Source: Azolla caroliniana
Taxonomy: Eukaryota > Plantae > Polypodiophyta
Direction: 5' to 3'
Assembly (NCBI GenBank): GCA_043228905.1
Contig: JBHGNT010000005.1
Coordinates: forward strand, 6,696,001 to 6,760,000
Length of the DNA: 64,000 nucleotides
The notes beneath the pieces are model-generated. The model saw only the letters and a program-made list of their open reading frames with translations. It was not told the DNA's origin and did not search any database. This document shows positions 11,700 to 24,659 of this stretch, one piece after another; the first letter of the stretch is position 1; each line of letters begins with the position of its first letter. The translations under genes and the position numbers were made by a program.

Positions 11700-14120
11700 A
11701 GGTTGTTTGTCTTAGATTCATGAGGCAACTCTAGTTTTATGGATCAAGAATTTGCCTTGATACAAATCCTCTTGAATAAGCTTCCCCATCTAGAATCTAT
11801 AATATTCATAGATAGATACTCTATTAGAAGTGAGGGATATAGTTGAAGAGTTTGAGCTAGTTCCCGTGGTTCTTGGTGATTTGACATGTGTGATTTCTCT
11901 CAATGTGATTCACAAACCTCAGCATTCAATTGTTCTTGGTTTGGTTTGGTTTAAGCTCCATAATCTAGTGATTGATTGGACAAAGGAAATAATCAAGGAC
12001 CCTCAAAGAAATACCACTCCAAAGTTGCTCATTTTGATAAACCAGATTCAAGACCCCATGAAATCTCGACTATTTCTCTAAGAAGGGATACACAAAGAGG
12101 GATTAAAAGAGGAAATATTTATATTTGAGATGTTGGCAACTGAATGCTCCAACCAGCAGAAGTTTGAGGCTAGCCTGCCAACAAAGTATCAGACATTCAC
12201 ATTTGTTCTCCTAACAGTATTTTAGGACACTCCCAATGCATCAGCCTTATGATTGTCCTATTGACATACACCGAGGGAAAAAGCTACCATGGGGGGGATT
12301 TCATAATTTGTCGCCATCAGAGCTAAAGGTTCTTCAAAGATATATTGATGAGAATTTCACAAATAGGTTTATCATAAACTCTAGATCGCATGTTGGTGCA
12401 CCCATCTTCTCTACTAAGAAGAATGACGGTTCTCTTTGTTTGGTCAAAGATTATTGAGGATTGAAGAAGGTCACCATTTGAAACATATATGCTTTTTGGT
12501 CTCCTGAAAGCACAATGATGCCTTTTGGTCTCATGAATGCGCAATTTTCTTTTTCGTCTCATGAATGCACTAGTAGATTTCAAGATATGGCAAATGATAT
12601 CTTTTCAAGACCCATTTAGACATCTTCACCATAGTTTATTTGGTGATATCTTTGCTCTATTAATAAATCCAAGTCGAGCACGATTTCCATGTTAGTCTTA
12701 TAGTGCTCATGGGAATATGGATTCTATGCCAAACTAAAGATAGAACCTCTAGGGTATGTAGTCTCAGCAAAAGGTATCTCTATGGATCCAATGAAGGTCG
12801 AAATAGTTCTAGATAAGCGAACAGCACATTTGGTATGCGATATGTAGTGTTACTTGAGATTTTGCAAATTTCTACGACAAGCTCATTATGAATTGTTTGA
12901 AGATCATGTTTCCTCACACAACCTACAAAACCCTAAACCAATCAATTACTTCAACTTCAAGTGCAACCAAGGCATATGACAACTAAAGTTGGTGTTTACA
13001 TTTGTCCCCATTTTAATCCACATCAACCTAGCTAAGACCTTCATCATGAAAGCTGACACGTCTGATTTTACACTTGGAAGTGTTTTGTCGCCAACCAAGG
13101 GTGATGAGCAATGGGTAAATGCATCCAATTGTTTCTCATTCCAGAATATTCAAAGATATGAAAATCAATTACATGATCCATGATAAAGAGATTTAGATTA
13201 CCATCCATTCTTTTGAGTGGTGGCACCATGTCTTGAAGGGTTCTCCCTAGAAGATAATTGTCTTTACTGATCATAAGAATTCCGCATATCTCCAAAATGC
13301 TCAAGACTTGAATAGAAGACAAGGTCATTGGACCCAATTTTTGATAAGTTTAAGCTTTTTGATCATGTATCGCACTAGGCTACAACAAGCAAAACCAAAT
13401 GGCCTATCTTGCTGCTCCTATTTGGCACCTTGTTGGCCTCCTTTCATTGATGGAACAATTCACAAAGAGGCACATTTCCTACCTTGCACCAAGTCTATCA
13501 ATTGTAAGGAAGATAACATAGCTCATTATGTTTGACATATTCAGCACTATGGTTTATTGAATGAAATTTCAATGATTGTGCACCACAATTCAACTGAAAA
13601 TTTTGGAAGCATTTGAAAGATTTTCGGTTTTCTTGTAAGAACTGTTAACCCAATATCCACAAAGTAACATCCAAACCAAGAGTACAAGTTAGTAGTGCAT
13701 TATCTTAATCATTTCATCAACCACCACCAGGATGATTGGTTTGACTTCTAAAAATATGTGGTGTTTGTTTTCCACTGAACATATTCCATTCTGGCCAAAC
13801 ACATATCATCATCCTTGCGGGACAATGCTTGAGAATCCAGAAGATTCTATATCTAGCAGTTGTGGATTGTCTAAATCAACTCTAGGAGATTTAGGTTTTG
13901 CTTTCTCATCATTTGCACAATGTTAAGGCTGCACACAAGTATATTGCTAATCATCACCCCCTCAATTCCTCATTAGAAAAACATAGGTTTAGAAATGGAG
14001 TTCGTGATTAGTTGTTGCCATGTAATGTGAAGATCATCAATCCAGCTGACAAGCTCGTTTACCAATGGTCCATTTGTGATCCTTGACCAAATCAATGATG
14101 TCACATTTTGTCTAGATTGT
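11700..14120 (+). mobile_element. Heavily decayed Gypsy chromovirus-like (Tcn1/Tf-type) pol remnant
   Basis: HQPYDCPIDI..ELKVLQRYIDEN..GAPIF..KKNDGSLCLV.DY (RT N-terminus), KADTSDFTLGSVL and TDHKN (RNase H); many stops and frameshifts. Confidence 0.75.
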
Positions 14121-14199
14121 TTCTATAAGGCAACCAGCTATGTAGAGCACCAAGTTGTGGTCTAGGAAGACCTGAGTGGAAATCTAAATTCCAATTGGG

Positions 14200-14970
14200 A
14201 GATTGATTCAATAACATGCGATAACCAAGTGTGCTGATATCATGAGAGAACCTCGTGTCCCATGTCAATCATTGAAATCCAATACCCACTTCATACAAGA
14301 GCTCATTCAGATGAGAAGAAGCTGCAGTAATGTCGATCAAGGGACAATTGTGTAGATATCTTTATGAAATAAACAAGTACTTAGGACTTGTGCAGATAAA
14401 GTAGCTATGCCAGAACATCCAAGTGGTGCAATAGCAGAAAGCAGATGAAGAAGATACAAGCGACAAAGGAATTCAAACCGAATAATGAGGCAGATCGTGA
14501 TAGGACTGTTGCCTACAAAGAAGCTATTATGGAGCATCCAATGGAAGAATATCGGCAGACGAAGAAAATGCAAATGATGCAGGAATTGGATCAACCAAAT
14601 AATGTGGGAGCTCATGGAATAAAGATAAAGCTAGAGTTTGGGACACCAAGCAATGCGGATGATGCAAATATAATGCTTAAGTATTTGTTTTAACAACTGC
14701 CAATAGACCATTCTTACAAAGAGGGTAGAAGAGTTAAATGTAGGAACCACGTTAGTCCTTATGATAAGCAACATAATATATTAGAATCTTAGTTTTGAGA
14801 TCTTCAGTTCCAGTCCTTGAGTTGAGTTGTATCTATGTCAATAATCTTCTTAGGAGTACATGAGCTATTCGTTGTATCCCTTTAGTGTAGTGGCACTCTG
14901 GCAGTTATACTTAATATATAGCATCTATTTCCCCTATTGTATTTTGGTGTTGGTCCCCACAACCATTATC
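14200..14970 (+). mobile_element. Copia RNase H / 3' end remnant
   Basis: Degenerate HERT..IEIQY..H..REL..DNCVDIF motif (HARTKHIEI..ADIFTK-like). Confidence 0.4.
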
Positions 14971-15814
14971 TGATATGATGCCAATGTCAGATTAAAGGCT
15001 AAAGCAAATAAAGGAGTAAAAATCCTAGACCTCTAGAAAGTTCATTTTTGCGGGAGGGCAAGTGAGTAATGCAATGATTCATGTTTAGAGTGTTTATAAT
15101 CTCACACATGTTTATTTTCCACTATCAGAAAGGGGAAATTTTTTTATCTTGAGCCTTGACTGCATTCCACAGTGCACATCAAAGAAAAAAATTGTTTCTA
15201 GGAACAATGAAACAATTGTTTTCTGGGTAGAAGTCTTGCAGTGAGAATGCGTAATGATTTGATACTCAACAAGTCCAACGCAATTTACTAGAGGGAAAGA
15301 TTGTGGATTATCGGAGGATGGCACACTGCGTGAACTTATTCCAACAGGGATGGATTTCCAGCTAATACTTAGGCCTATATACAGCTATTGTTTCTCCAGT
15401 GGTTCAGTAGTGTTCTTCTGGATTAGTAAGAAGCAGGTGTGCATGTGTAGTGTTCTCTTGGGTTAGTGGTAAGTTATAAGTGTTATTGACACGTGTTAGC
15501 ATACATTGAATCTCATTATATTGCATCTAATGTCTTGTCCCCCACAATCACAAGTTTGAGTGAACGCATTTTTCGATTACAAGAAAATACTATATTTCCT
15601 ACATTTTATAATTACTTGCAATTGCAATTTCTGATATGTGTATAAAAGACAATACTTTCACAGTTGAGAGATTTCGAGCATAATGCATAGTGTCTATAAA
15701 CAATACACAATTAGAGTGTATGTGTTTTAATATGAAGAGAAAATCCAAAATCTCCTAAAGATTCTATTCTACAACTGAAAAGAGAGAAACAAGGAAACAA
15801 GGAAAATAATTAAC

Positions 15815-15925
15815 CTTTTTCAATTTGATGTCATCTTCGAGGTCATGCAATTTATTGTTTAATCGACCAAACGTGTTGATATTCTGCTGATCTTCCCATG
15901 TTACCTCTGTCTCTTTTCCTTCACC
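15815..15925 (-). CDS. PFD4: Prefoldin subunit 4, exon 2
   Basis: [37 protein letters not shown]; CAG acceptor at 15928-15926 and GT donor at 15814; phase 0/0. Confidence 0.95.
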
Positions 15926-16473
15926 CTGAGAAGATAATAAAAACTTAATAGTCAAAATTGAAAGCCTGGATATGGCAAAATCCAGAAAAGAAAATATAGA
16001 TCTTAAAGCAAACAAAACAAAACCCTAGACATGGAAATAACAAAAACAAACACTGGATTAAGACTTTAAAATAGACACAAAACTTATAAAGCAACAAAAA
16101 ACAGCAAATTTTGAGGCCAAAAACGAAAGCCCAGACATGGAAAAAACGCTAGATTTTAATACAAAACAACGAAACCGGCAAATACAAAATAGAAAAGAAA
16201 AAGGTGACTGGAGGAACGAAGAAATCAAAGAGCAAAAAGAAGAAGAATGAATGAAATTTCGATACGGAGAAAGCAAAAATGCAAAGGGAGGAAAGAAATC
16301 CCTATGTATGGAGAAAGCAAGCAAGAGAGAGAGGAAAGAAAAAAGAAAAAAGAAAGAAACAATGGCAAGAAAGGCCAAAGAAGCAAAAAGAAAAAGAAAA
16401 AGAAAATGGAGTCAGAGAAGATGCAGGCAAGGCAAGGGGATGGGGATGGGGATGGGGATGGGGATCCGTTTAC

Positions 16474-16482
16474 CTGCTGCAT
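16474..16482 (-). CDS. PFD4: Prefoldin subunit 4, coding exon 1 (MQQ)
   Basis: ATG CAG CAG|GTAAAC, phase 0. Spliced product is 3+37+86 = 126 aa, typical for PFD4. Confidence 0.8.
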
Positions 16483-16604
16483 TCTTGCGAAATGCAGAAT
16501 TCGCTCCTACTTCTGACTCCTTCTACCTCTCTCAATATTACGCAGTGAGGGGGAGGATGGGGGGGGGGGGGGGCTGCTATATCACACACAAACACTTCTA
16601 GACA

Positions 16605-16640
16605 TACATACATGCATACATATACTGTTATACATATATG

Positions 16641-16672
<32 letters not shown>

Positions 16673-16772
16673 TGTATGTATGTATGTATGTATGTATGTG
16701 TATGTATGTATATGTATGTATATGTATGTATGTATATGTATATGTATGTATATGTATGTATGTATGTACGTA
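16605..16772. repeat. (TATG/TA)n microsatellite just upstream of PFD4
   Basis: Direct reading of the sequence. Confidence 0.95.
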
Positions 16773-17328
16773 CGTGCGACTCGTGTCTACCTGCTACCAA
16801 ATAATAAAGAGGGCTGGCGAGGGAGTCGCGGCCATGGATGGTGCAAGGCACTTACTTGGTTGAGGGCGCCTACGATCTGGATAAAAAAAAATGTCACCAG
16901 ACACCTGACCTATCATGATAGCGAGACAGATCAAAATCTGGAGTTGGGAAGTATGGTGTCCTTGTCTCCGGTATGTCCAATGCAAGGATGAATTAGGGCA
17001 TAACCATATAGAATCATCATAAATCCTTAGATGGTTTTGAGAGAGTCAATGATGTTTTGAGGACTTTGCAACTAGCGAAGCATCAGATTTGGACATCACA
17101 TATGCCATTGGAAGGTGTTGATATTGCTTATTGGGGTGCTTATGATGGAAGGGGATGTTTTCTATATAGGACCCTCAAACATCTTGCCACACCATGCCAC
17201 CCATGCATCATATCTATCCCATGATGTGAACTCTTACCCTGCTTATATACCAAGCTTGCTCAATTATAGTGTCATATGCACAATAAGGATCTAGGATGCC
17301 TGAAAGACGCCCTTTTTGGCATCAACAT

Positions 17329-17745
17329 TAACAATCGACAATGGTTCGGTTTGAACTAAACCGAACCATGAAACCTTGCTTAACGGTTTAAACAATTCGG
17401 TTTGTTTTGGCGGTGAACGGTTCAATTCGGTTTTTACGGTTTGATGGTTTGTAAAATTTAAATTTATTTATTTTAAACAACCTTCTCATTTTGAAGCCTA
17501 ATTCTCACATTTTAGGAAAAATCTTTAGAATTTTGAAAAAAAAGAAATCAAATTTGAAATTTGAAATTTGAACTAAATTGAAAACCGAACTGCGGTTTAA
17601 TGGTTTTAACGATTTGGATTTGTACCTCATGGTTTGGTTTAATGGTTTCGTGGTTCGGTTTAGTTCAGTTTAGGTTTCAAAAAATTTTAACTGTTCGGTT
17701 CGAACCAATTTTGTTTGGACACTCTCAAACCATTGCCGATTGTTA
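17329..17745. mobile_element. hAT-type MITE family 1, copy 3
   Basis: TIR TAACAATCGACAATGG / CCATTGCCGATTGTTA; perfect 8-bp TSD ATCAACAT. Confidence 0.9.
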
Positions 17746-19078
17746 ATCAACATTCATCACCATTAGATGGCGTCCATAGTGATCTCCATTCTTATAGAGC
17801 TCCTGATAGCAACTCAAATAGTATCATCTAGGGGAGAACCAATAGAAACAAAAAACTATTGTGCCATAATTGTACAACATGCTTAATGTATTTATGTAGT
17901 GTCGACATGTAACTTGTTACGTGCTTTTATGGTTCAATGTTTATTTTTCACCTGTGCTTGTTTATGTGAGTTTTATCAACAATTAATTATTGTGAAGGCA
18001 ATGCCAATGTCCAACTGATTTTGTATATCTTCATTGAATTAGAAGAAATAGGGAATGATTCCTGTTGCAAAATGGTGAGCCCCTAAACTTAATGGGAATG
18101 GTTTAAAATTTAGGAGGGTGACCCATAAATTTAGAAGAAATAGGGCATGGGGTATGTTTTCCATATTGAATAGTGGTATCTCTTTACGTTTAACGGAAAA
18201 TATAGTAAATATCAAAATTCCAAGAAATGTATACTTGCACATACAAGATATGGATTGCTATTGAGAATTTTGCGCTCATGAAAAATTTAAATTCGGAACT
18301 AGAGAGTGCTGGAATGAACATAGTTTATGGATTTCAGAGGATTTTGGCATGTCCTCAGTAATATTGTTTCCATTCTTTTTGTGTATGATTAAATGTGACA
18401 ATTGCAATTGTTTCCTATTATGGTTTATAATGTTCGATATTTTTGTTCATATAATGTATCAAAACTCTTCTCTCTTAGCTCGTCATATGGTAACTTGTTC
18501 TTCATTTTAATTTTAGTATACTATGTTGTCTTTCATTTAAATTGTTTATATTTTCAAGCCATTCAACGGAAATATGTTTTAATGGTTTTTTGTACAAACT
18601 TGTGTGTAGAGTGGTATGTATTTGTTTTTTATAGCAAAGTGTTTACATTTACATATTATGTAATTTTTTAGCAAATATTATGTGGTTTTTCGCGAAACTT
18701 TATTTATACCAATTTATAGACAAGTCATAAAATGGATTGTGCATATACGTATGTGATAGAAATTAACGTTCTTATGACTTGTTTGAAACATATATTTATT
18801 AAACAAAGAATATTTCCACGAAACAAGTTATTCTTGGTTATTTTTGTAATGTTTTAGAGAATCTTTGGAAGGAAGTTTGTAACACTATGTTCCCAATTGA
18901 ATTATGTTTGAGGGGCTTATTATGAATATAATCATTAATCAACGAAATTTACAAAGTCTAGATATAATGTATCATTAGTTCCCAAACCGATTTATGCAAA
19001 CCGCTTTGGAACCGGTTTAGGGACCGGCAACAGTCGGCAACGGTTTAGTTTGAACCGATCCAAACTGCGGCTTAACGG

Positions 19079-19884
19079 TGTCGTGGAGGATTCTAGGCTC
19101 AAGGAGAAAACTTGCCGACCGCGTGTGAACGAGGGAGTGCACGGATGCACATGAAAGGGGTCTTATGTATAACCAATTGTAAATATTGAAGTAACAATAA
19201 GTACAAGATAGAGCATTTTAATAGGTACTTTTATAATCCACAAAAGAGGGGAATTATAGTGAGTGATGGGAGTGAATCGTGGGAGAATCAATGACAGAAG
19301 TAGTTGTCATAACAACCTAATGTAATGTTGATCCTCCCTCTCCTTGGAGCTATAAAAAAGGAAGGGAGGGTGTTTGTTGGGGGACAATTGGTTTTAGAGG
19401 GGAAGGTGTTGCCGGATTGGGAAGTGAAGTGTTGTAGGTTTTTTGCTTTGTGCATTCGGCTAGGTAGGGTGAGGCCTCTGCTCGTGTAGGAAGCCCGTGT
19501 GCTCCTGACCAGAGGCTCACTAGTCTGTGTGTGTCTATCGAGCTCGAAGCTCTACTAACCGGACGAAGGCCATGTCTTTGTATTCTCTCTCTGTCTTTAA
19601 TTGGTTTCTGAGTTTTTGTTGTATCCGGGGTGCTTTTTGTTGTTCTGCCCTTTGTGTTAATAATCGAATCCTTGTTTTTTGTAACTGGAAAGCCAACATC
19701 TTTCCCTCCTCTATTTTGCGCTTACTCGTTCGTGCCTGAGAGCCCGTGTGCTCATATTCCGGAATATAGGACAGGGTCGGATCGGCCGCTGCAAGCCTCA
19801 ACTGCTGCTCATTCTTAAGCTCCTTGGTCCGAGACCTTGGTGGTCCCACCCTAGCCAACCCGCAAGCCACGAACTTCCACAACA
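19079..19884. mobile_element. Solo LTR (806 bp)
   Basis: TGTCGTGGAGG...CTTCCACAACA terminal inverted ends; ACGG/ACAG duplication; removing it restores the MITE sequence cttaacgg-tttaaacgg; TATA-like ctataaaaa at ~19350. Confidence 0.75.
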
Positions 19885-20315
19885 ACAGTTTAAACGGTTC
19901 GGTCGAGGTTCAAATTTTTTTAACGTTTTAGTTCAGTTTCAATAGTTAGAAACTATGGTTTAAACGGTTTTATAGGTTTTTTAATTTAAAACATTTTTTA
20001 ATTTAATTTAATTTTTTTTTTTCAAAAGAAAGTATACTTCCATTAGTATTTAGAAAAGTCATAACAACATACAAAAATTTCCCCAAAACATCTTTATAAG
20101 ATGTTGGTTGAAAAAACAAAAGTTTTGACTCCACCATAGAGTAAAAGTAAACAATTAATCTGAAAATTGTTCTATAAAAAGCTTCCACAAAGGTCTACCA
20201 AACGAGGTAAAATGCAATCTATACCCTTTTGTTATGCAATCAAGAACCTTCAATCTCCATAACATGTTGCAGGCTGTAAATAGCCATCTTCTTTCACCCG
20301 TTCCGGGTGATATCA

Positions 20316-20465
20316 AGGGATGTTCCATTCAAGATCCCAATACCCTCTGTTTTTCTCTTTGTTTGATGCCTCGAGAAGATTGTCAAGGCCTCCATACTGA
20401 ATGCAAACTATATGTCCCCCTGGTTTAAATATTGTGGCTTGCATACTTCCATTGTCCAGTGTTAT
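20316..20465 (-). pseudogene. Rhamnogalacturonan lyase (PL4) N-terminal fragment
   Basis: ITLDNGSMQATIFKPGGHIVCIQYGGLDNLLEASNKEKNRGYWDLEWN matches the plant RG-lyase signature VVxDNGxxQVTxSxPxGxVTGIxYxGxDNLLExxNxExNRGYWDxVW. Confidence 0.8.
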
Positions 20466-21302
20466 AAGCGTGTAAAGCCTTTGTCTTTTTTTAACCCACA
20501 GAATTGTTTGATAAGTTGGCACTGTCCATAAACATTCTGTATTAACACAAGTAGTTAATCTAAAGTTTTCCTCACCCACTCTCTATAGTATGCTTCGACG
20601 CCACCACCATCTTCACTCATCCTCATAACAAGAAAAATGCTTCATACAATCCACTTCAGCCATCTTGACGATTAGCATGTTGCAGCATCTTGCCAAAGTC
20701 CACTAAAATCTTGCATAATCAACAGAACTCAGTATAAAAATTTCCTCACCCACTCATGCTATTCAACTTCGACCCCACCACCATCTTCACTCATCCTTAT
20801 GTCATAAAAATTCTTCCTTTAGTCCACATCAGCCAACTCGTCGACTAGCATCTTGCCAATGTCCACGCAAAACCTGTAATAATTTAAATTTTTTTTAAAA
20901 ACAATCTGTTCATTTTCAAGCCTTATTCTCACATTTTAGGAAAATCTTTAAAATTCTGAAAATTTAAAATTCAAAATAATGAAATATTTTAAAATTTAAA
21001 ATTTGAAATTTGACCTAAGTTGAAAACCAAAACCGAACCACGAAACCGCGGTTTTAATGGTTTAACGATTTGAATTTTTTGAATGGTTCGGTTTAACGGT
21101 TTCGTGGTTTGGTTTGGTTCAAGTTTCAAAATGTTTAAATTGTTCGGTTTTGACACTCTTGACCTAACTATTGCCGATTATTAGGGATCGGTTTGGAACC
21201 CCAAATAGGTTTAGGCTTAACCGGTTTGGCTTGGATAAGGCCAAACAGGTTAAGCCTAAACCGAACCATTGCATATTCCTATATATAAGGGCAACACTCT
21301 AC

Positions 21303-22320
21303 ACTTAATACTATAGATGAATTACCATGGTACAAAGTAATTCCTTGGCTTTTTGCACATATTGCGTAACATTCTTTATAAGGTCAATCAACAAATGAGA
21401 TGAATTATTACAATAAGAAAAAATACTTAATAGTATAGATGAATTATCATGATAAGAAGTAATTCCTTGGCTTTTTGCACATATTGTGTAACATATTTTA
21501 TAAGATCAAACAACAAATGGGATGAATTATCATGATAAGAAAAAATACTTAACAATATAGATGAATTATCATGATAAGAAGTAATTCGCCTTGGCTTTTT
21601 GCATCATGTACACCTCCTCGCGCGGACAAAGCACATCAAAGTGCACTATCACTTCATCCGAGAGCGCGTTCTAGCTGGCAATGTCGACCTACAACACATT
21701 AGCACCAATCTTCAAACGACCGACATCTTCACTAAAGCCTTAGGAGCCGACAAGCTATGGCAATTCATGACCGATCTCGGATTGATGATCCCTGACCTAC
21801 CAAGCTTGAGGGGGAGTACTGAAGACATTGTGCAATAACGCATGGATTCCGCAATAACGCGTGGATTCCGCAAACCGCGCACACTACGCAATAACGCGTG
21901 GATTACGCAATCGTGCAACGAAGTTGCGAAGAGCCGATCTACCACGCAAAGCCGTGAAGAAAGACGCAAGCCGAAGCGCAGACTTCGCAACTACGCACAA
22001 CGCAAGCTGGAGCACGGATTCCGCAAGTCCGCATAAATGCGAGTCGACGCGGACTCCGAAACGCGAGTTGAAGCGGATTTCGGATACCGTCTGAAACCGA
22101 CCCGACTTGACCTTATCCTTTACTTTAACAATATAGAAGATTTATCATGATAAGAAGTAATTCCTTGGCTTTTATGCACATATTGTGTAACATTCTTATA
22201 AGGTCAATCAACAAATGGGATGAATTATCACGATAAGAAAAAATACTTAATATTATAGATTAATTATCACAATAAGAAGTAAATCCTTGGCATTTTGCAC
22301 ATATTGTGTAATACTCTTTA
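21303..22320. repeat. ~122-bp tandem repeat interrupted by a Copia fragment
   Basis: The unit acttaata.tatagatgaatta.catg.taagaagtaattccttggctttttgcacatattg.. starts at ~21303, 21425, 21547, 22124 and 22244. Confidence 0.85.
21605..22122 (+). mobile_element. Copia 3' fragment: RNase H end, PPT and partial LTR
   Basis: ARTKHIKVHYHFIRERV..QTTDIFTKALG..SLRGS; PPT GAGGGGGAG at ~21808; then GCAATAACGCGTGGATTCCGC-type repeats. Confidence 0.85.
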
Positions 22321-24659
22321 AAAAGTAACGAAAAAACGACCCAAGGTGGAACTACCAGCCCCCAAGCTCCCACGCTGGTTGTTTCCAACCCTCACCTCCC
22401 ACCTTCCCTCCCTCCATTGAAGGCTAGAGGATCGGGCTCGTGCTAACCAACGATGTTTGCGACTAGTTTATAGCTCTAGGTACCTACTTACATTAAGTAA
22501 AATGTCTCATATTCTTGAACTTGGCGGGGGGTGATTCTCCGATTTATATATAAGCCATCTTGTATAGTCTTCCTATAAAAATCTCTCCCAACTAACTGGA
22601 AAGTAACTCCTTTTTGGAAAAAAAAAGTCAAAATCACCAACATGGTGACTTGTTAAAAAATGTCACCATATAGTTGATATTGTCTAAAAAATATAAGATG
22701 CATTTGTTGTTCTATGCTACCTTTTTTTATGTGTTGGCTATTGAAAACACATCGAATATTTTAGACCATTGAATGGACGAGTCATGCTTAGATCCTTTTG
22801 TGCAAAAAGACGGAAAGATCTTTTACTATCTTCAATCTCTCCATATGCAACAATAATATGAATCTGATTTGAGCATATATGTCAATACAATATGATACCA
22901 TCAATTGGCCAATACATGAAACAAGAAGAAATCCATAAGTAGCACTTATTTTAATATCGTATACACTACACAACTTTATGATATACAAAATGTGCCAAAG
23001 AGTATATTCATATATAGAATGGGCCACTTACAAAACGGTTAATGCATATAATTTTTTTTGCAAAAGAGTATATTCATATACATGATCAAATTATACAAAA
23101 TCTTCCTAACTAATGGGAAAGTAGCTCATTTTGATACAAATGAAGTTGCGAATCTCAATATGAAACTCAACATATCTTTCCTAAATCCCTAAACCAAGAT
23201 AAATACAAATAAACAAAAGAAGAAAGTACATACAAGGTGGAGGTTTAGGTGCGGGTGCGGGTGCAGTTGGTCGAGTGTAGGTGCAAGGTGGAGGTTTCAA
23301 ATATTCAAAAATAGGGGAAAAAGTAAATGTGCAAGGTTTTAGCAATGTTGCAGTTGTGCCCGTGTTAGGTGCTCCACGATCTCGGGTTAGGTTCAAAGGA
23401 CCGAGTAAACTTTATAGAATTACAAGGACCGGGTTAGGCGCAGAAAATTACACTGCCCGGGTTAGGTTACCACACTATGGGTCAGGTAATCAAATGGCAT
23501 CATCATTGCATGAGTTAGATGTGACAGAGTCTCATTAGAGCTTGGTTGGCTTTTAGGCGCACACTTTTTATGGATAGAGATCGAATAGTGCAGATCGCAC
23601 ATGCCATTTGAAATGTGTTGTACACTGTCCATGACCGTGATATCCTCACCAAGTCTAATTATTATTTGGTAGCAAATAGAAACGTGGATGTATGTACATG
23701 CATGTATGTCTAGACATTTGAAACCCCCAACCACACCTCCCCTTCCCAATTGGTTACTTTCTTTCCAACAATGTGCACTTTGCATCTCTCAAAGAAGAAT
23801 TACACCATATCTACCATTCATATGATGATACCATAATGGATGTCACACACTCTTTGGGGACTGTAATGCATGATCTAAGGATCGAACAAACAACTTTGTT
23901 GGATGTGAGCACATGGGCTAAGGAGAAAGTCGTAGTAGAAGAAGTTGGCGGTCAAGTTGATTTGATTGAAGTAACACAACATAACAAACTACTTTCTGCT
24001 GCCCTTTGTGGCGCCCATGGATTCACGATATACAATTGTTCATCCTAATGTCCAAGATTGAATGCTTTCATATATTGGAACTACTCAGGGAGGTTCATGA
24101 TTACTTGATGGGATCCCCATCTTATAAAAGAGTTCATTATCTCCCGTTGTTATATTGGCTTGGCAAGAGATCATGCATATCCATGCCTTGAGGTGAACAG
24201 GGATGCCAAAAGGATGTATATATGCTAAAAACAAGATTGGCCATGTGAAATAACAAGCAAGAACAATATTCCAACACCTTGTGAGGAAGAAGATGGTATG
24301 ATTCCCACAATTTCAAGAGTTTGATATCAGGTCCTCGAGGTTTAAAGGCTAAGCAAAGTCCATCAATCATCATTTGATGCAGCTCGATACACAACCACTT
24401 GAAGTTTCATTCCAAACCATCTAATACACATGCTAAGAAGTTGGCCCAACAACATTCTTTGCTTTTGTGCCATCTTATGCATTGGTCTCAACCATTAGTT
24501 TAGACCTTTGGCCTCAACCTTTGATCTTGAGGGTTGAACTTTAGGATTTGACTTTGTGAGGATTCAAGATAATTCTACTCACTAAACAATTCTTTCAGCA
24601 CTCAACACATATTGAGTATGACATCGATGTTTGAATCAATGATCACATGTCTATGTAGG

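Larger units (their letters stand above)
19028..21183. mobile_element. hAT-type family 1, long copy 4, carrying a solo LTR and a captured gene fragment
   Basis: Ends CAACAGTCGGCAAC / TTGCCGATTATTA; TSD GGGACCGG/GGGATCGG; subterminal blocks (ccttattctcacattttagg etc.) shared with copies 1-3. Confidence 0.8.

Noticed and set aside
16058-16991. Multiple overlapping ORFs
   Set aside because: They come from GA-rich intron sequence and (TATG)n or (GGGGAT)n repeats.
19535-19885. 116-aa basic ORF
   Set aside because: It lies in a solo LTR and has no recognisable domain.
21303-22320. Repeat arrays here and at 45205-45440 as CRISPR-like
   Set aside because: The units are contiguous degenerate tandem repeats without unique spacers, the context is eukaryotic and there are no cas genes.
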